A stretch of 64,000 bases of DNA. Origin: Paraspadella gotoi. Taxonomy: Eukaryota > Animalia > Chaetognatha. The position numbers were made by a program, and so were the translations under genes. Each line of letters opens with the position of its first letter. Position 1 is the first letter of the stretch. The notes beneath the pieces are model-generated. The model did not search any database. It had not been told where the DNA came from and saw only the letters and a list, made by a program, of their open reading frames with translations. Location: contig CM119270.1 in NCBI GenBank assembly GCA_051294375.1, positions 3,378,784 to 3,442,783 of the forward strand, written 5' to 3'. Shown in pieces: positions 1-14,577 of the stretch.

Positions 1-34
<34 letters not shown>

Positions 35-219
35 TCCCACTAGTTAATCAAGTCAGCATGAGTTATCCGCTTTTTTTAAAAAAAATTATATTGATACCAT
101 AAATAAGTTTTTTATCGTTCGGTTTTTTCTATTAAATTTTTCTCTCACTTTTTTTTACGCGTTATATACAATAATAATAATAATTGTTGATGTTTTTTTT
201 AACTTGTGTTATTTCTCAG

Positions 220-311
220 ATCGTGTACGAATTCTTCTTACGATTTCTTGAAACTGCGGACTTTCACCCAGCATAGGAAAGAAATACATTGACCAGAAGT
301 TTGTCCTGCAG
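220..311 (+). CDS. wdb: PP2A B56 subunit, coding exon 4 (opposite strand to exons 1-3)
   Basis: IVYEFFLRFLETADF.PSIGKKYIDQKFVLQ with a 1-nt deletion. tctcAG acceptor and GT donor. Directly continues the protein after ...WPHLQ. Confidence 0.93.
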
Positions 312-487
312 GTTTGGAGTGGCTGGGGGGAGGGAGAGGGAGAGGGGGAGGTAATGAAGGGGCAGCGAGTGGGGTAAGGTCGAGTGGATAGGGATGAGTC
401 CGTCACCAGAGTTGGAAGCAGCAGTTGGGAAGGGAAGGGCGTGCGATCGTGGAATCACTTTTTTATTTCAATTTCGATATTTAGAGA

Positions 488-547
<60 letters not shown>

Positions 548-690
548 TCTCTCTCTCCTCTCTCTCTCTCTCGTTTTCCTTTCCTGCTCTCATCTCAACG
601 AACTTTACCATTTTCCTTTTTTTTAGAATTTTTGAAAAAGTTCGATCCAACTTTTAATTTCCAAAAAAAATGTTTTTATCTTCTCTCTCT

Positions 691-736
<46 letters not shown>

Positions 737-1119
737 TCTCTCTATCTCTATCTCTCTCTCTCTCTCTTTCTCACTCTTTCTCTCTCTATCCTGACAAACA
801 CAACCCGATTGCAGCGTTTTTGAAAACAGTTTTCTCGAGATGCCAGAGAGAGGTCGCCATAGTTCGACCTTACCTCCTTTCAATCCTTTACTTTTTTTAT
901 GTTTCTTTTTGTTTTGTTTCTTTCATTTTTATATCCTCGGATTTAAAAAAATCATTTTTCACATGTTTATTGTTTGTTTTCTTAATTCTGTTTTCCTCAA
1001 AACAGAATTTTTGTTTTGAGCCGAAAAATATTTTGACCTCTTGATCTGAAATCCTGACTCCACCTCTCTTCTTTATTATAAAAAACAATTTTCTTGAGAT
1101 CCCTCTCTTTTAGTCTCTC

Positions 1120-1197
<78 letters not shown>

Positions 1198-1936
1198 CTC
1201 TGTAATCCAATAACGACTCAAGTCTATTTTCCCTTAATTCACTTTATCGCCGTCACCTTTATATCCCGATTTTAAACATTTTTCCCCTTTTTCTCATTTG
1301 TTAATATGTTTTTTCTTTACTTATATTTGTTTTCAGTCTTTTCATTTGCATGAAAATTCCTTTCATACTCTACATTGTTAATTAATTTGTTTTTATGAAT
1401 CCGTCAATGAATTTGATTTTGAATTTGTTCTTACATTCGGAAATTTTTTTTTTTTTTCAATTTTTTTCTCCTTTTTCGTTTTCATTCTTTCTTTTTCTTA
1501 TTCAATTTTTTCTTTATACGTTTTTTTTTTCACTCGAAACGTCGCCAGTTTTTTTTTCTTACCTTTCGATTCTTTTTTTTCCCTTTATTTTCCTTTTTTT
1601 CCCTCTACTTTTTTCCGCCTCTTTTTTCCCTCTTGATTCCTAACGACCTAAACATTCAAATTGAGTTCATTCTTCCTTTAGTTTAACGGGAGTTTTTTTT
1701 TTTCAAAAAGGCAGGGGGAGATTTTCTAAAGGATCACTCTTGTACGACTTCCCTCTTTTAGATCTCGACCTGAAACCGCAGTAAGGTTAACTTACTTAAC
1801 CCGCCTTCTTCATCCCTTCATCCTTTTATTTCATTTTTGTTTTTTAACCTTTTTTTTTATTGAGCCAAATTGTCTCATTCTCCCACCCAACCCCTCCTCC
1901 AACCTCCCCTCGCCCCCTCTCCCTCCTCCCCCTCAG

Positions 1937-2124
1937 CTCCTCGAGCTGTTCGACAGCGAAGACCCTCGCGAGCGGACTTCTTGAAGACTTGTCTCCATCG
2001 GATCTACGGCAAATTCCTGGGTCTTCGCGCCTTCATAAGGAAGCAGATCAACAACATCTTCCTCCGTTTCATCTACGAGACGGAGCACTTCAACGGAGTC
2101 GGCGAGCTGTGGAGATTCTGGCAG
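1937..2124 (+). CDS. wdb: PP2A B56 subunit, coding exon 5
   Basis: [60 protein letters not shown] with small indels; AG/GT boundaries. Confidence 0.95.
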
Positions 2125-2407
2125 GTGTGGTCGAGGGAAGGGAAGGAGGAGGAGAGGCTGGGATCGGGGTGCCGATGGGTGGGTGGTGGGATGGAAGGAT
2201 AACGTCTATCATGGGATTCTGGGCAGAACGATCGAGTAAGTATCGTTAAAGGATCTCTTTGCGAAAGAAAAAAAAAGAAGATTTAGTCTTGATTCGTTTC
2301 GTCGTCGACGTTGAAATAGAGGGAATGAGTGGGCGTGGCCTTTCTCGGAGATTCGTGGGCGGAACTTTGTTCACTTTGGAAAAAAAGACTGACAAGTGAA
2401 ACGGAGA

Positions 2408-2516
<109 letters not shown>

Positions 2517-3165
2517 GCTCTCTCTCTTTCGTCTTTTTTCCTGATTTCCGTTCCTAGGTCTAATTAAAAAAATTATGATGAAAATATTTCTAATTAGCAC
2601 AAGTAAAGCGACGACTTGCCCGATGGAGTGTTCGTCGTTGTCATCCTATCTCGTATCATCTCATCGTCCTTGTCATCTTTATCCTCGTTGTCATCGACAT
2701 CTTTGTTCATCCTTAGAATTCATTTTTCGCTTCTTCCAAAATTATTTTTCTTTTCTTTTTTTTTTTTTTTCAATTTTTCAAATTTTAATTCGAATATTTT
2801 CATTTTAATTTTTTTTTTAATTTCCGCCATCGACTCGCGCGCCATCTTCTCGTCAATATAATTTTGTTGACTCCATCCGCGTTGATGTCTCTGTTTTTAT
2901 TTTGGTCGATCTTGTCATCGTTGACTCGGTGGACATTGCGAGACTTCTCTTCCATCTGACCGTCGTCGCGTTCATCGTCGTCGTCGTCATTGACATCGAT
3001 GTCATATTCTTCGTCATCATCATCCTCTAGACTTGACTGATTTGAAAGGCTCCGTCGTCATCGTCATCGTTTTCTTTGTCTTCATTCCGTCGTCGTCGTC
3101 GTCGTCACGTCGTCATCGTCTTGTCATTCTTCCTCCGTCTCTATTGTTGTCACTTTAATCCGTTT

Positions 3166-3235
<70 letters not shown>

Positions 3236-3496
3236 AGATTTAGCTTCCGTCTTCGTTCAATTATCTTTTCTTCCGACGTCCGAAGTCGAAACCATTTTTT
3301 CTTCTTCTTCTTCTTTCTTCTTCTTCTTCTTCTTTCTTCTTCTTATTCTCTTCTTCTTCTTTCTTCTTCTTCTTTCTTCTTCTTTCATTTTCCCTCATTT
3401 TCTCTTCATTTATTCTCTTTATTCATTATCTCCCCGGCTTCATTTATGATTGATATACGTCAATTTAATGATTACATCATTTCATAGTAGTATTTT

Positions 3497-4024
3497 TGTG
3501 GTCGGGCATAGCATAAGTCACCCTGTCTGAATGACTCCTTTAGTCGGTGATCATGAGATAATGTAGTCGGCATAGCATAGGTTCACCCGCCTAAGCATGA
3601 CACCTTCAGTCGTGACCCGGTGGCTCATTGAGTAAAGCCATCATTCATGACCACTACGTACCGGGTTCAATCCCAACCGGTACCTACCCTGCGGGAAGTG
3701 TGAGGACGCCGTAAACCGCCTTGGCGGCGTGGAAACCTCAAGCTGGTTCCGAGCCCAGGACCCGTTTCATGGCTGCTAGATGGGGTTATAGAAGTTACGG
3801 GTAGTCAGCTTCAGCCCCTTAGCGCCTTATCCACAATAATACCATCAGCTTATGACATAAGGTACCGATGATACCCTGCGGGAAACGTGAGACGGCCGTA
3901 AACGATTGGGTCATGTGTAAACCATCAAGACTGATCCAAGCCCAGGACCCGTTCCCTGGCTGCTAGAAGGGGTTAAAGTAGTTGCGTATAACCACTCTTT
4001 AGCCCACTTTAGCCCTTATTCACT
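3497..4024 (+). mobile_element. Older, diverged family A copy split by the nested insertion
   Basis: 3497-3561 matches the family 5' end (TGTGGTCGGGCATAGCAT). 3836-4024 continues the family sequence (ccatcagc...ccctgcgggaa...cccaggacccg...ttattcac). Confidence 0.75.
3562..3835 (+). mobile_element. Solo LTR with tRNA-like cassette, family A, nested in an older copy of itself
   Basis: TGT...ACA termini with a perfect 4-bp TSD ATAA. Internal A box TGGCTCATTGAG and B box GGTTCAATCCC. Confidence 0.85.
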
Positions 4025-4565
4025 TTTTTATCACGTGATGTGAATTCACTCGTGAGTTGCGTTTCACTAACTCCGTTTCTGCCTCAGGTGTTGGCTAAAA
4101 AAAGTGTTGGCATCCGCTATGCAGATGCAGCGTCGATTTTGCACTTAGCCACTTAATTACTCGCCACGTTTTGCATCTGCGTCTCCCGGTCTCGATACTT
4201 TCGATCTGTTTCCATAGTTACGGAAAGATGTTTGCAAAGGCAAATTGTTATTTGGTTGGGATACAGTTGTTTTTTTTTTTTTTATTTTTTGAAGAGTGCG
4301 TATTAAAAGGAAAAATGAATGAACAAATGATAATGTATGAAAAAACTATTAAATGAATGAATGAATAAATTAATACTAAAAGAATGATGGATGAATGAAT
4401 GAATCAATCAATAAATGATAAATAAATTAATTAACTAATGAATAAATAAATAAATGAATAATGAAAGATGAATGATAAATGAATGAATGAATTAAGATAT
4501 AAACGAGTTATTTATTAATTATTAATCTCTTAATTATTGTATTCCTCCCTTTTTCTCCCTCGCAG

Positions 4566-4672
4566 CATTATCAACGGGTTTGCCCTTCCGCTGAAACCGG
4601 AGCAAGCAGTTCTCATCCGTGTTTTAATTCCCCTTCACAAAGTCAAATGTTTTGAGTCTTTATCACGCTCAA
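4566..4672 (+). CDS. wdb: PP2A B56 subunit, coding exon 6
   Basis: IINGFALPLKPE..QFLIRVLIPLHKVKCLSLYHAQ; cgcAG acceptor and GTAAGT donor. Confidence 0.93.
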
Positions 4673-5031
4673 GTAAGTGAATCGAGAATGTGAGACGGTG
4701 AGACGACGTCGACCGTGAGGCTGGGCGTCTCGCTCTCTATCTGTCTCTTTTCGCGTGGACCCGGAGAGTTTATCGAGACCGTATATCTCCGTATATCTCC
4801 GGACCGAGAGAGAGAGAGAGAGAGATCCTTTTAAGTTTTCGGAATCTCGATAATTGGACATCTTTATCGTTGGCTTCAGGAAATAAAGAGGAAACGACGA
4901 CAACAACGACGACAACAACGACTACGACGATTTCAACAGTAAAAAAAACAAAGACTTATGGTTTCCTTCTTTTCTTAATCCGATTAGCGATTGCTTCCAT
5001 TTCATTGATTTTTTTATTTATCTCTCTCCAG

Positions 5032-5090
<59 letters not shown>

Positions 5091-5174
5091 GTTTCTGCCC
5101 GATAAATAAAAAATGGAAACAAATTCTTTCTTTACTCTCCGACATTTTTAAGCTTTGTTTCTGGAATGCTTCGT

Positions 5175-5233
<59 letters not shown>

Positions 5234-5348
5234 TCTCTCTCTCTCTGACATATTATTATCTCTTTTTCTCGAAGAATGAAAGACATTGTGAGTCCCTTCA
5301 ACGGACGTAGGATCCAAAAGAGGAACGGAAAGACCTGAGAGAGAGAGA

Positions 5349-5465
<117 letters not shown>

Positions 5466-6287
5466 TCCACGCCCATTTCTCCAAAGAGACCCCAAGCCGT
5501 TACAACGTCGTCTCTTCCTCCTCTTCTCCTCTTTCCCTCCTCTTTGTCTCTCTCTCCTTTCTCCAATTTAGGATAAGGATCTTGTTTGTTTTGTTTTCAT
5601 TTTTGTTTTCTGTCCCCGCCCTCGCTTGTCCTTCCCTTCCCTCTTTTTTCTTTTTTTTTGTTATTTCCACTCCCTCCTTTTTTTCTCTTCCCGGATAGAG
5701 AGAGAGTCGACACTTGCAACTCGAAATTGAAGGTGTAAGCGAAACGGCCCGTTAGCCTCCATCTTTATTCGCAATCGCATTAAATCGAAGAGTTAAATTC
5801 TGACAGCGAGTTTCTTGTTTAACGCCATCTAATGTTATCTATCTTATCTAATCTTTATCTAATCTTATCTCCTAATTATAAATCTCTTCTTTAGTTTTCG
5901 CTTCTCTTTCCTCGCCTCGAAAGTCGACCTAAAAAAAATTGTTTTAAAATTTTAAAAATTTCACTATAAAATATTTCAATCATTTTATCCTCTCCTCCAT
6001 TCGTCCTTCCCTCCCTCTCCCGCCCTACTTCCCCCCTCCTCCTCCCTCCATCTCCCTCTTTCTCTCTTTCTTCTCCCTCTCCTTCTTTTCTTTCCTCTCT
6101 CCCTACTGCCTCTTCCTTCCTTCCTCCCTCACATCTCCCTCCCTTTCCCTCCTTTCCTCTCTACCTCTTGTCTCCTTCTTTCTCTCCTCCCTTCCTCTTT
6201 TCTCTCCCCTCTCTCGTCCCTCCCTCTTTCTTCTCCTCCCCCTCTTTCCCTCCCCTCTTCTCCCCTCTCTCTCCCCCCCAACTCCAG

Positions 6288-6509
6288 TTGGCCTATTGCG
6301 TCGTGCAATTTCTCGAGAAAGACCCGACATTGACGGAGCCGGTGTATCAAGGGGTTGTTGAAGTTCTGGCCGAAGACTTGCAGCCAGAAGGAGGTGATGT
6401 TCCTGGGGGAAGTGGAGGAGATCCTCGACGTGATCGAACGCCTCAGTTCCAGCGATCCAGGAGCCGCTCTTCAGGCAGATCGCCAAGTGGTCTCCAGCCA
6501 CACTTTCAG
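6288..6509 (+). CDS. wdb: PP2A B56 subunit, coding exon 7
   Basis: [61 protein letters not shown]...HFQ with indels; GTGAGT donor. Confidence 0.93.
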
Positions 6510-8499
6510 GTGAGTGGAAGACGAGGGGATGTGATGAGGAGGGGTGGCGTGGGGGGGCGTGGGTCGAGGTTTCCATGTGTTCTTATCACAAAAAAATGTT
6601 TTTATCGATAACAAAATATTACGAGATTTTACGATTAATACAAGAATATTTCAGATTTTAAAAGACATCACAAGATATTAGAATTTTCATGAGAGAGCTA
6701 ATAGGACAAGATTGTGGGTTGGACGCGAGTGTGGGTAGTAGTTGTGGGCGTCGGTTGCGCCTCTTGTGGCGCGTGTCCTTTAACCTGCTTCGACGAAAGA
6801 AAATGATTTCGTGCAAAAGAATCAGAAATTAAGTCATTTGATTTAAAAAAGAAAAATGAAAATGGGTTCGGAGCAGATGGTCGAGTTCCATCGCCGAAAG
6901 AAACCGAGAGATTTTGACTTTCTCTCCAACTGCCATTGTCCATTCGCCATCTGACATTCGCCATCTGCCTTTGCCATTCGCCATCTCCATCTGCCATTCC
7001 CATCTGCCATCTTGCCATTCGCCATTAGCCTCCCGTCTAATTAATTTTCGGTCGCGGATCGCGTGATGAATCCATCGCATTCCCAGCATGCTTTACCATG
7101 CCAGACATGCCACGCTTTTACGTCACAATTTTTTTTTTTGTTTTTCTTCGAACGCTCAAGAAACCTCTTGGGTCACGCGACGTCACGTCGTCGCAGAACT
7201 AAACTTTGGCTCTCTTTTCTAAGTGTGTCCATTTCTGTTAGTTTTTCCCTAACTAATATATTGTATCTGTGTTGGACCGCGCGGTTCCCCTTCGCGTTTG
7301 GATCGCAAAATGCAAGCTTCTTCCTGCGGTCCTGGATTGGCGGCCTCGACAATCACCGTCGAGAATTGGAGAAGATATTTCTACCTTTTTTCCGCGGTTT
7401 CCGCGGCGCAGCCATTGAGGAAAACGCGCTTGGTCGTAGTTCTCATCAGTCGCATATGATCTTGTATATAGACGGCCAACCGTTTTTAAAACCCAGTGGA
7501 GGTTATACTATTGCCGATGCACGATTTTTACCTTGTTTTTAATCTGTTTTTACCTTGTTTTTAAGTTGTTTTAAATTGATTTTAATCTGTTTATTCGTGC
7601 TTAATACTGATGTCAATACATGTTTTTAACCTCGCTAAACATTCAAATTCGTGGCCGAGCGACTTTAGGTTATTTAGATCAAGATCAAACCATATATTAT
7701 ATATATATATCCCCTAACCAAATCACAAACAGTTTCCTAACCCATTATTAACCAAATCCCTGACTTAATCCCAACCCTCACCATAACCGGAATTTAAGAT
7801 AAAATGGGGGCGGTCTGGAAAATATAGCCTGAACCTTTGTTTTGGCCAGTTTCTTTTTTTTTTCCTTTTGTTATATGTTACGACGACGACGACGATGACG
7901 ACGACGACGATGAACGAACGAAAGTCTTTCCGTACTGCGTCACACTCAGGGGTAATCATTTTGGTCCAATTCACGCATTCGTCGGTGACGCGTTTCGTCT
8001 CAGGGTCCATTAAGGCTGGATTGACGTTTGGACGTCACGAAAGACGCGAGTGAATGCGGTGAGATGCTGTGAATGCGTTATACTGAAACCAGAGTCACGT
8101 ATATTAGGATTCGGCGGAATACCTGACAATTGCTTCTTTTCTTCGGGGGTAGATTGTATGCTTGCGTATCGGTATTGCTTGTATTGTGACGTCAATGTCC
8201 TTGCTTGTAGTCGTAGCATTGCATTTCGTGTTTCTCCTCATTGAGCGAAAGGATTACAGACGATGAATATCACGCCTATAATTAATTTCCTTTTAATCTC
8301 TTTATTTATCACGTGGCAACGTGGTATTTCGGCGATTGACGCTCCCTGGCGACGCCCCGCTCACCACGCCGCTTCCCTTTCCCCCCCCCCCACACGAGTG
8401 TGGCATACCGTCTCGCACACAGTCTCCCGTTGATAAGAAGATGTTTTTGGTGACGCGAACTCGCGTTCACAGCGATTTAGATGAAGATTGAAAACTCTT

Positions 8500-8539
<40 letters not shown>

Positions 8540-10367
8540 CTCTCTCTCTCTCTGTCGATCTTCCTTTCTCATTTGTCTCCGTCTTCGTTGATAAAGTGTT
8601 TCGGAAGTGTTGTGCAACCAGTTCCTCAGGAGGACGATTGCGCGACGACGACGACGACGACGACGAAGCTAGACCAAGAATAAGAAGAGAGCTTTCACCT
8701 TGACCCTCTTTTGCACCCTTCGATTTTCCCCTTAACTTACCCTCGAACTTACCATCTTCAACCTCGTCCTCATTAAATATTCTGCGGAGTCGCATCCGCC
8801 CTCAGCTACCCGGAATTCCGCTCTCGTCCAGAATCGGCGGCTCTATTTTACGAGAGCGTCTCGTTTCTTTTTCTAATCCCAATATAAATCCTCATAATTT
8901 AAGCATATCTTCACTCAATCCCTAACCGCTTTTATTATTCAGCATTTTGTAAAGTTTCAAATTTCCATTGTGGTTTTTCCGCATAAAGCGGATATTTTCG
9001 ATCCATTCTTTCAGTCGTTAACGTGTTTCTCGGCGTCATTGTTTTAGCTGTAGTAGTGGTTTATTACTGAGTAACAGGAGGAGTTTCGTTGACGGAAAAT
9101 CCAAATTATCAAACCATTTTGATCTATAGATGAATATACCGGTTCATTTCCCCGCCGTTGTATCAGTAATTTTAAATTTCCTAAGAAGTAATCCCTTATT
9201 CACGAATCTTCGTTCCAAATCTTCATCGAATAAATTCCATTAAATTCTCTCCCTTCAATTATTTCCTTCCCTACATACTTCCCTCCCCCTCTCTCCCCCC
9301 TCCTCCTTTTTTAATATCGCCCTTGGCCTGCCCGGCCTTGCCCTTGGCCCTTGGCCTTGGCCCTTGCTTGCCCTTGGCCGACGCAGTTCATTCCCACTTC
9401 CCAGAGTAAATGTCCTTTAAGATAGAGAGGACCAGGAAGAATGTTAATGTAGGAGTGGACTCAGGTTATGAATTATATATTATTATATATAATATAATAT
9501 ATATTGTTCTAAGAATCTATCTTTACATTAACGCCGGGAAGAGAAGTGAGAGATTTCGGGAGGATCTCTAACCGTTCGACGCTCCTCTCCCTTCCCACCT
9601 TACTGTATGGTCCGTTCTATCGAGGGAGAGAGGCTGATGGTCGATTAACTCAGATTTCCGCCCAATTGAACCAACGTACTACCTTTAGAATTTTAAGTTG
9701 CGCGCGAGTACTCGCGGAGCGACTATATAAGTCACTTTCGGTCGGTCTGTCGGTCCGTCCACTACGTTAAAAATGCTATAATATGCTGATAGCTCATTTG
9801 TTAAGACAGAAAAAACTTCAAATCTAAGGGACTGCTAGCGCCACCTTCAAGAATTCTAAACTATAAGAATAAAGACGGAATTTTAAAGCGGTGCATGTCA
9901 TAAATAAATAAAGTTTTTTAGTCATGTCATGTCATATCAAGTCATATGATGTGATCACTGTGTCACTGCGGCACAACACATTGGAATTACCGCTCTTGTT
10001 TCTTTCTTTTCTGATTGAAGTGGTTTACTACTTGGACTACATTCAAAAACGCGGAAACCAGTGGGAACTAATCCCACCCGCCTGAAGCCATCACCCAGAA
10101 TTTTCTCTTCTCTGGGTACGCGCCCATTGGAGTCCGTGCCAGTCTGATATAGCTTAGCAGGCCTTTGCAAGCTTCAGTCAATACTCTCTCACAGCCGACT
10201 TTATTCACTCCCATACACACATGGTCTAATATTTCAAAGAATGTTTCGATTCTACAAACATGACCCCTAATTGAAAATGTACTATCAAAAATGAACTTTT
10301 CTCTTTTTCCTCCCCTGCGTTCCACGCAATCTTCCTTCCGCCACCCTCCCCCCCCCAACCCCGCCAG

Positions 10368-10688
10368 GTGGCTGAGCGCGCCCTCTACTTTTGGACAACG
10401 AGTACATCATTCCCTGATCGAGCGAGAATTCTGCGGTGGTGTGCCGATCATGTTCGCCCTCTGTATCGCAATCTCGAAGGAGCATTGGAACCAGACGATC
10501 GTCGCCCTCGTCTACAACGTCCTCAAGTCCTTCATGGAGATGAACGGGAACTCTTCGGACGAGCTCACCAGCAACTACAAGCCCGAGCGGCAGAAGGAGA
10601 AGAAGAAGGAGAAGGAGCGAGAGGAGCTTTGGCGTCGATTGGAGCAAATGCAAGTGGCCAACAACAAGAACAACAAACTCCTTCATGA
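10368..10688 (+). CDS. wdb: PP2A B56 subunit, last coding exon (stop position approximate)
   Basis: [16 protein letters not shown]...VPIMF....[25 protein letters not shown]...[29 protein letters not shown]. Several indels make the exact stop uncertain. Confidence 0.9.
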   Translation: MAERALYFWTTSTSFPDRARILRWCADHVRPLYRNLEGALEPDDRRPRLQRPQVLHGDERELFGRAHQQLQARAAEGEEEGEGARGALASIGANASGQQQEQQTPS

Positions 10689-10788
10689 ACGGCAGCGCTT
10701 GAAAAAAAGGAGAAAGGAAAAAGATGTAAAAAAAAAAAGGAAAACAAATGATTCGCGGCGACGGTGGGGGGGGAGAGAGGAGAGAGAG

Positions 10789-10826
<38 letters not shown>

Positions 10827-11312
10827 AGAGAATGAGAGGAGTCGAAGGAGGAAAGAGGAAGAGACGAGGAATACGAAGATAACAAAGAAAACGACAACAA
10901 AAAAACTACGACGAAAAAACAAAACAAAAGATCGCAAAAGACTGAAAAAACAAAACAATGAGTGCGAAGGTGTTTCTTTTTTCTTTTCTTTTTTTTTCTT
11001 TTTTCTTTTTTTTTTTCTTTTTTTTTCTTTGGTCAGCTGGGAATTTCTTCTATCATTTTTACTCTTCGAATATTTTTGGAAAAAGAAATAGAAATTGTCG
11101 AACAAAATAATTGCGCAGTTTTCTGTTGCTAGCGATTAAATTGCGTTATCTTTCTCTCTCCCTCTGAAAACGACTCGACGTCTCTCTCTCTCTCTTTTTC
11201 CTCGTCTCTCTAAATTTGAAAAAGAAACGAAGAATAAAATAAAAATAAAAATAGAAACAAAAATACTATTTTCTCGAGATCAAAGAGATTTTATTTCCAT
11301 CTCCTCTCTCTC

Positions 11313-11349
<37 letters not shown>

Positions 11350-13015
11350 CTCTTCTCTTGCTCTCTCTGCCCGCCATTCAACACCCCGCGACCAGACGCC
11401 AACCCCCTTTGTCCACGCCCCTCCATCTTCCACCCCCCTCAAATTCCGCGACCGGCGAAGCAAAAACGGATTCGATTTAAATTCGCTTCCTAATAACGAG
11501 ATTTTANNNNNNNNNNNNNNNNNNNNNNNNNAGAGAGAGAGAGAGAGAGAGAGATTAAGAGCGTTCTTATTTATTTCCCACTCATATGTATGAATTTCTG
11601 GCTGGAGTCCAATTTTTTTCGATTTTCAAATAAACAAATTCAGGTTTGATTTGACTTTCGAATCATCAAACGATAAGAATGGCAAAGAAAGGACAAAAAT
11701 GACACTAGGGCAAGAATGACAATGAGGACAAGAATGACACTGAGGACAAAGATAGCGCCAAGGACAAGGATGACTCCGAGGACAATGATGATTCCAGGAA
11801 GAATGCCAGTGGATTGAAATGCCGCACGTAAAAATGTGACTTTGATTTATTGCTCTCATTTTCTAATCTTTACCCATTATCACGTAATCATAAAATTGTA
11901 TAATAATTATCTAATTTGCTAATGACGAAATCCGCGTTGCGCAATAATCGCCGCAACTTTTTTGGTTTAATAATAAATGTTGTTTTTTTTTCAAGCTTCG
12001 TTTCGAGAAACTATCCGAATTTTGAAATCATATCGTAAGAGTGTGAGATTGTCAGAAAGAGAGTGAGAGCGAGCAATAAGTAGCAAGATGGCGATCCCCC
12101 TTCACCGTCGGGTGTCGGAACTTGACGTAAAATCGAGAAGAAACTACTTTTTCTCGCCACCAGAGGCTTCCCAGCGCGAAAAGCCAAAAGACGCCATAAA
12201 AAGGTTAAAAAAAAAAGACAAAANNNNNNNNNNNNNNNNNNNNNNNNNNNNNNNNNNNNNNNNNNNNNNNNNNNNNNNNNNNNNNNNNNNNNNNNNNNNN
12301 NNNNNNNNNNNNNNNNNNNNNNNNNNNNNNNNNNNNNNNNNNNNNNNNNNNNNNNNNNNNNNNNNNNNNNNNNNNNNNNNNNNNNNNNNNNNNNNNNNNN
12401 NNNNNNNNNNNNNNNNNNNNNNNNNNNNNNNNNNNNNNNNNNNNNNNNNNNNNNNNNNNNNNNNNNNNNNNNNNNNNNNNNNNNNNNNNNNNNNNNNNNN
12501 NNNNNNNNNNTTCTCTTCTCTTCTCTTCTCTTCTCTTCTCTTCTCTTTCACGAGTTCAATTTTCTTTTTTTCCTCTCCTTGTCTACCTTATCTTTCTTGT
12601 CTCCAAGTCTCAATTCATTTGCTTCAACTGATCCACTTCGAGCCTTCATCCATCTTTCTCTCTTCTCCTTTCATTTTCTCTTTTTTCATTACTTCTTCCT
12701 TTGTTCTCTTTTTTCTTTCTTTCTCTTCCTCACCAAAAAAAAACCCCTGTTTCTCACCGGATCGATTTCTGAGAAAAGAGAATCAATTTCTAAGAAATAA
12801 GAATCCGATTCGAAATGAAATGCTTGCCATCGAGAGTAGACAACATCAACGATCGGTCGGTCGGTCGGCCTCGTGAATACGAAATGACCTTTAAACTCGG
12901 CGGTCGACATAGAAGCGGAACAATTCCCTGGCACCGCGCTCTATCTGTCTATCCGTCAAGTAAAATCCGTCCGTCCGTCCGTCCGTCCGTCCGTCCGTCC
13001 GTTTCAATCCCTCAC

Positions 13016-13117
13016 CTGCAGATGAGGCCAGGACGCCTCCAGTGTTGGATCATCCTCTTCCGGGTCGAAGTCTGGGTTGTCGGATGGCGGCAAAGTGCGA
13101 AATATGTTGCAGGCGAT
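13016..13117 (-). CDS. wdb: PP2A B56 subunit, coding exon 3
   Basis: [34 protein letters not shown], the invariant B56 motif. 102 nt with AG/GT boundaries. Confidence 0.96.
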
Positions 13118-13349
13118 CTGTAGCAAAAAAAGAACAATGTTTGTAGGAAAAAAAGAACAATGTTTGTAGTTAGAAGAATATACGGTTATTATTTCCCCAA
13201 AAATAGAATGCTGAGGTCCATACAAGCGATTGTTTCAAATATCCAAAACAAAAACTATCAATCAATTATCTTCAATCACAATGAAGCTCTTCCATAGAAC
13301 CTAAACTGTCAGTCAGTCAGTCAGACAGGCAACCAATTCCAAACTCAGA

Positions 13350-13389
<40 letters not shown>

Positions 13390-14129
13390 GTCATCAACTC
13401 AACAAACGACGTCATTTTCAAAAAAAAAAGTCACAACGAAATCAATTCGCCCGTGAATCTCTCACGCTTTATAAAACTGTGACGACGACGAAGCGAAAAT
13501 ATCACAAAAATTTGTCAAATATGTCAAACGATCCGACAGTTCGGGGGCGGCGGGGGGGGGGTGTGGAGGAAACTGCGATGGCGGCGACGACGACGACGAC
13601 GACGAGGGCATCGACTCCGCATCAAAACCAAATCCGATTCTCAATCAGACGAATCGGTTTTGGAAGAAAAGTTAATTTTAGAATGAAATTACATTCTCTA
13701 ACGTTTTGCAACCAGAATCACATAATCCCTCCGTATTCAAAGCCCATCTCGCCATTTCCAGTGCCACTCCCGTTCTACCATCTTGCTATTTCCAGTGCNN
13801 NNNNNNNNNNNNNNNNNNNNNNNNNNNNNNNNNNNNNNNNNNNNNNNNNNNNNNNNNNNNNNNNNNNNNNNNNNNNNNNNNNNNNNNNNNNNNNNNNNNN
13901 NNNNNNNNNNNNNNNNNNNNNNNNNNNNNNNNNNNNNNNNNNNNNNNNNNNNNNNNNNNNNNNNNNNNNNNNNNNNNNNNNNNNNNNNNNNNNNNNNNNN
14001 NNNNNNNNNNNNNNNNNNNNNNNNNNNNNNNNNNCCGTTTCCAGTGCCACTCCCTTTCTACCATCTCACCATCTCCAACCATCCCAATATTCCACTTCTC
14101 TTCTCTTCTGTCCTACCCAGCTTACTGTA

Positions 14130-14358
14130 TGTTCACACCCGCCCATAAGGATGTGACCCGGTGGCTCATTGAGTAATACCATCAGCTCGTGACCATTAGG
14201 TACCGGGATCGTTCCCAAATGGTACCTACACCGCGGGAAGCATGAGCACCGCCGTAAACCGGCTTGAGGGCGTGGTTCCAAGCCCAGGATCATTGCTGCT
14301 AGAGGGGGCACAGAAGATTCGGATGGTAGTCTTCAGCCTACCTAGCGCCTTATCCACA
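14130..14358 (+). mobile_element. Family A copy, 5'-degenerate
   Basis: gtgacccggtggctcattgag...cccaggat...gcgccttatccaca, homologous to 3562-3835. Confidence 0.78.
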
Positions 14359-14577
14359 TTACCTCTACCATCACGCCATCTTCAACCTCTCTACATTTTT
14401 ACCAACTAACCATCATTCTAACTTCAACTTCTCTCCCTTTTTACCTTCTAACCATCACGCCATCTTCAACTTCTCTCCCTTTTTACCATCTAACCATCTT
14501 GCCACCTCCACCCGATCCCCCCTCCACCATCTCGCCACCTCCAAAACCCCCCTTCCCTTATTCTCCCTTCCTCTCAC

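Noticed and set aside
7985-8020. GAAACGCGTC on the minus strand resembling a minimal hammerhead stem III
   Set aside because: No proper CUGANGA core with stem II upstream.
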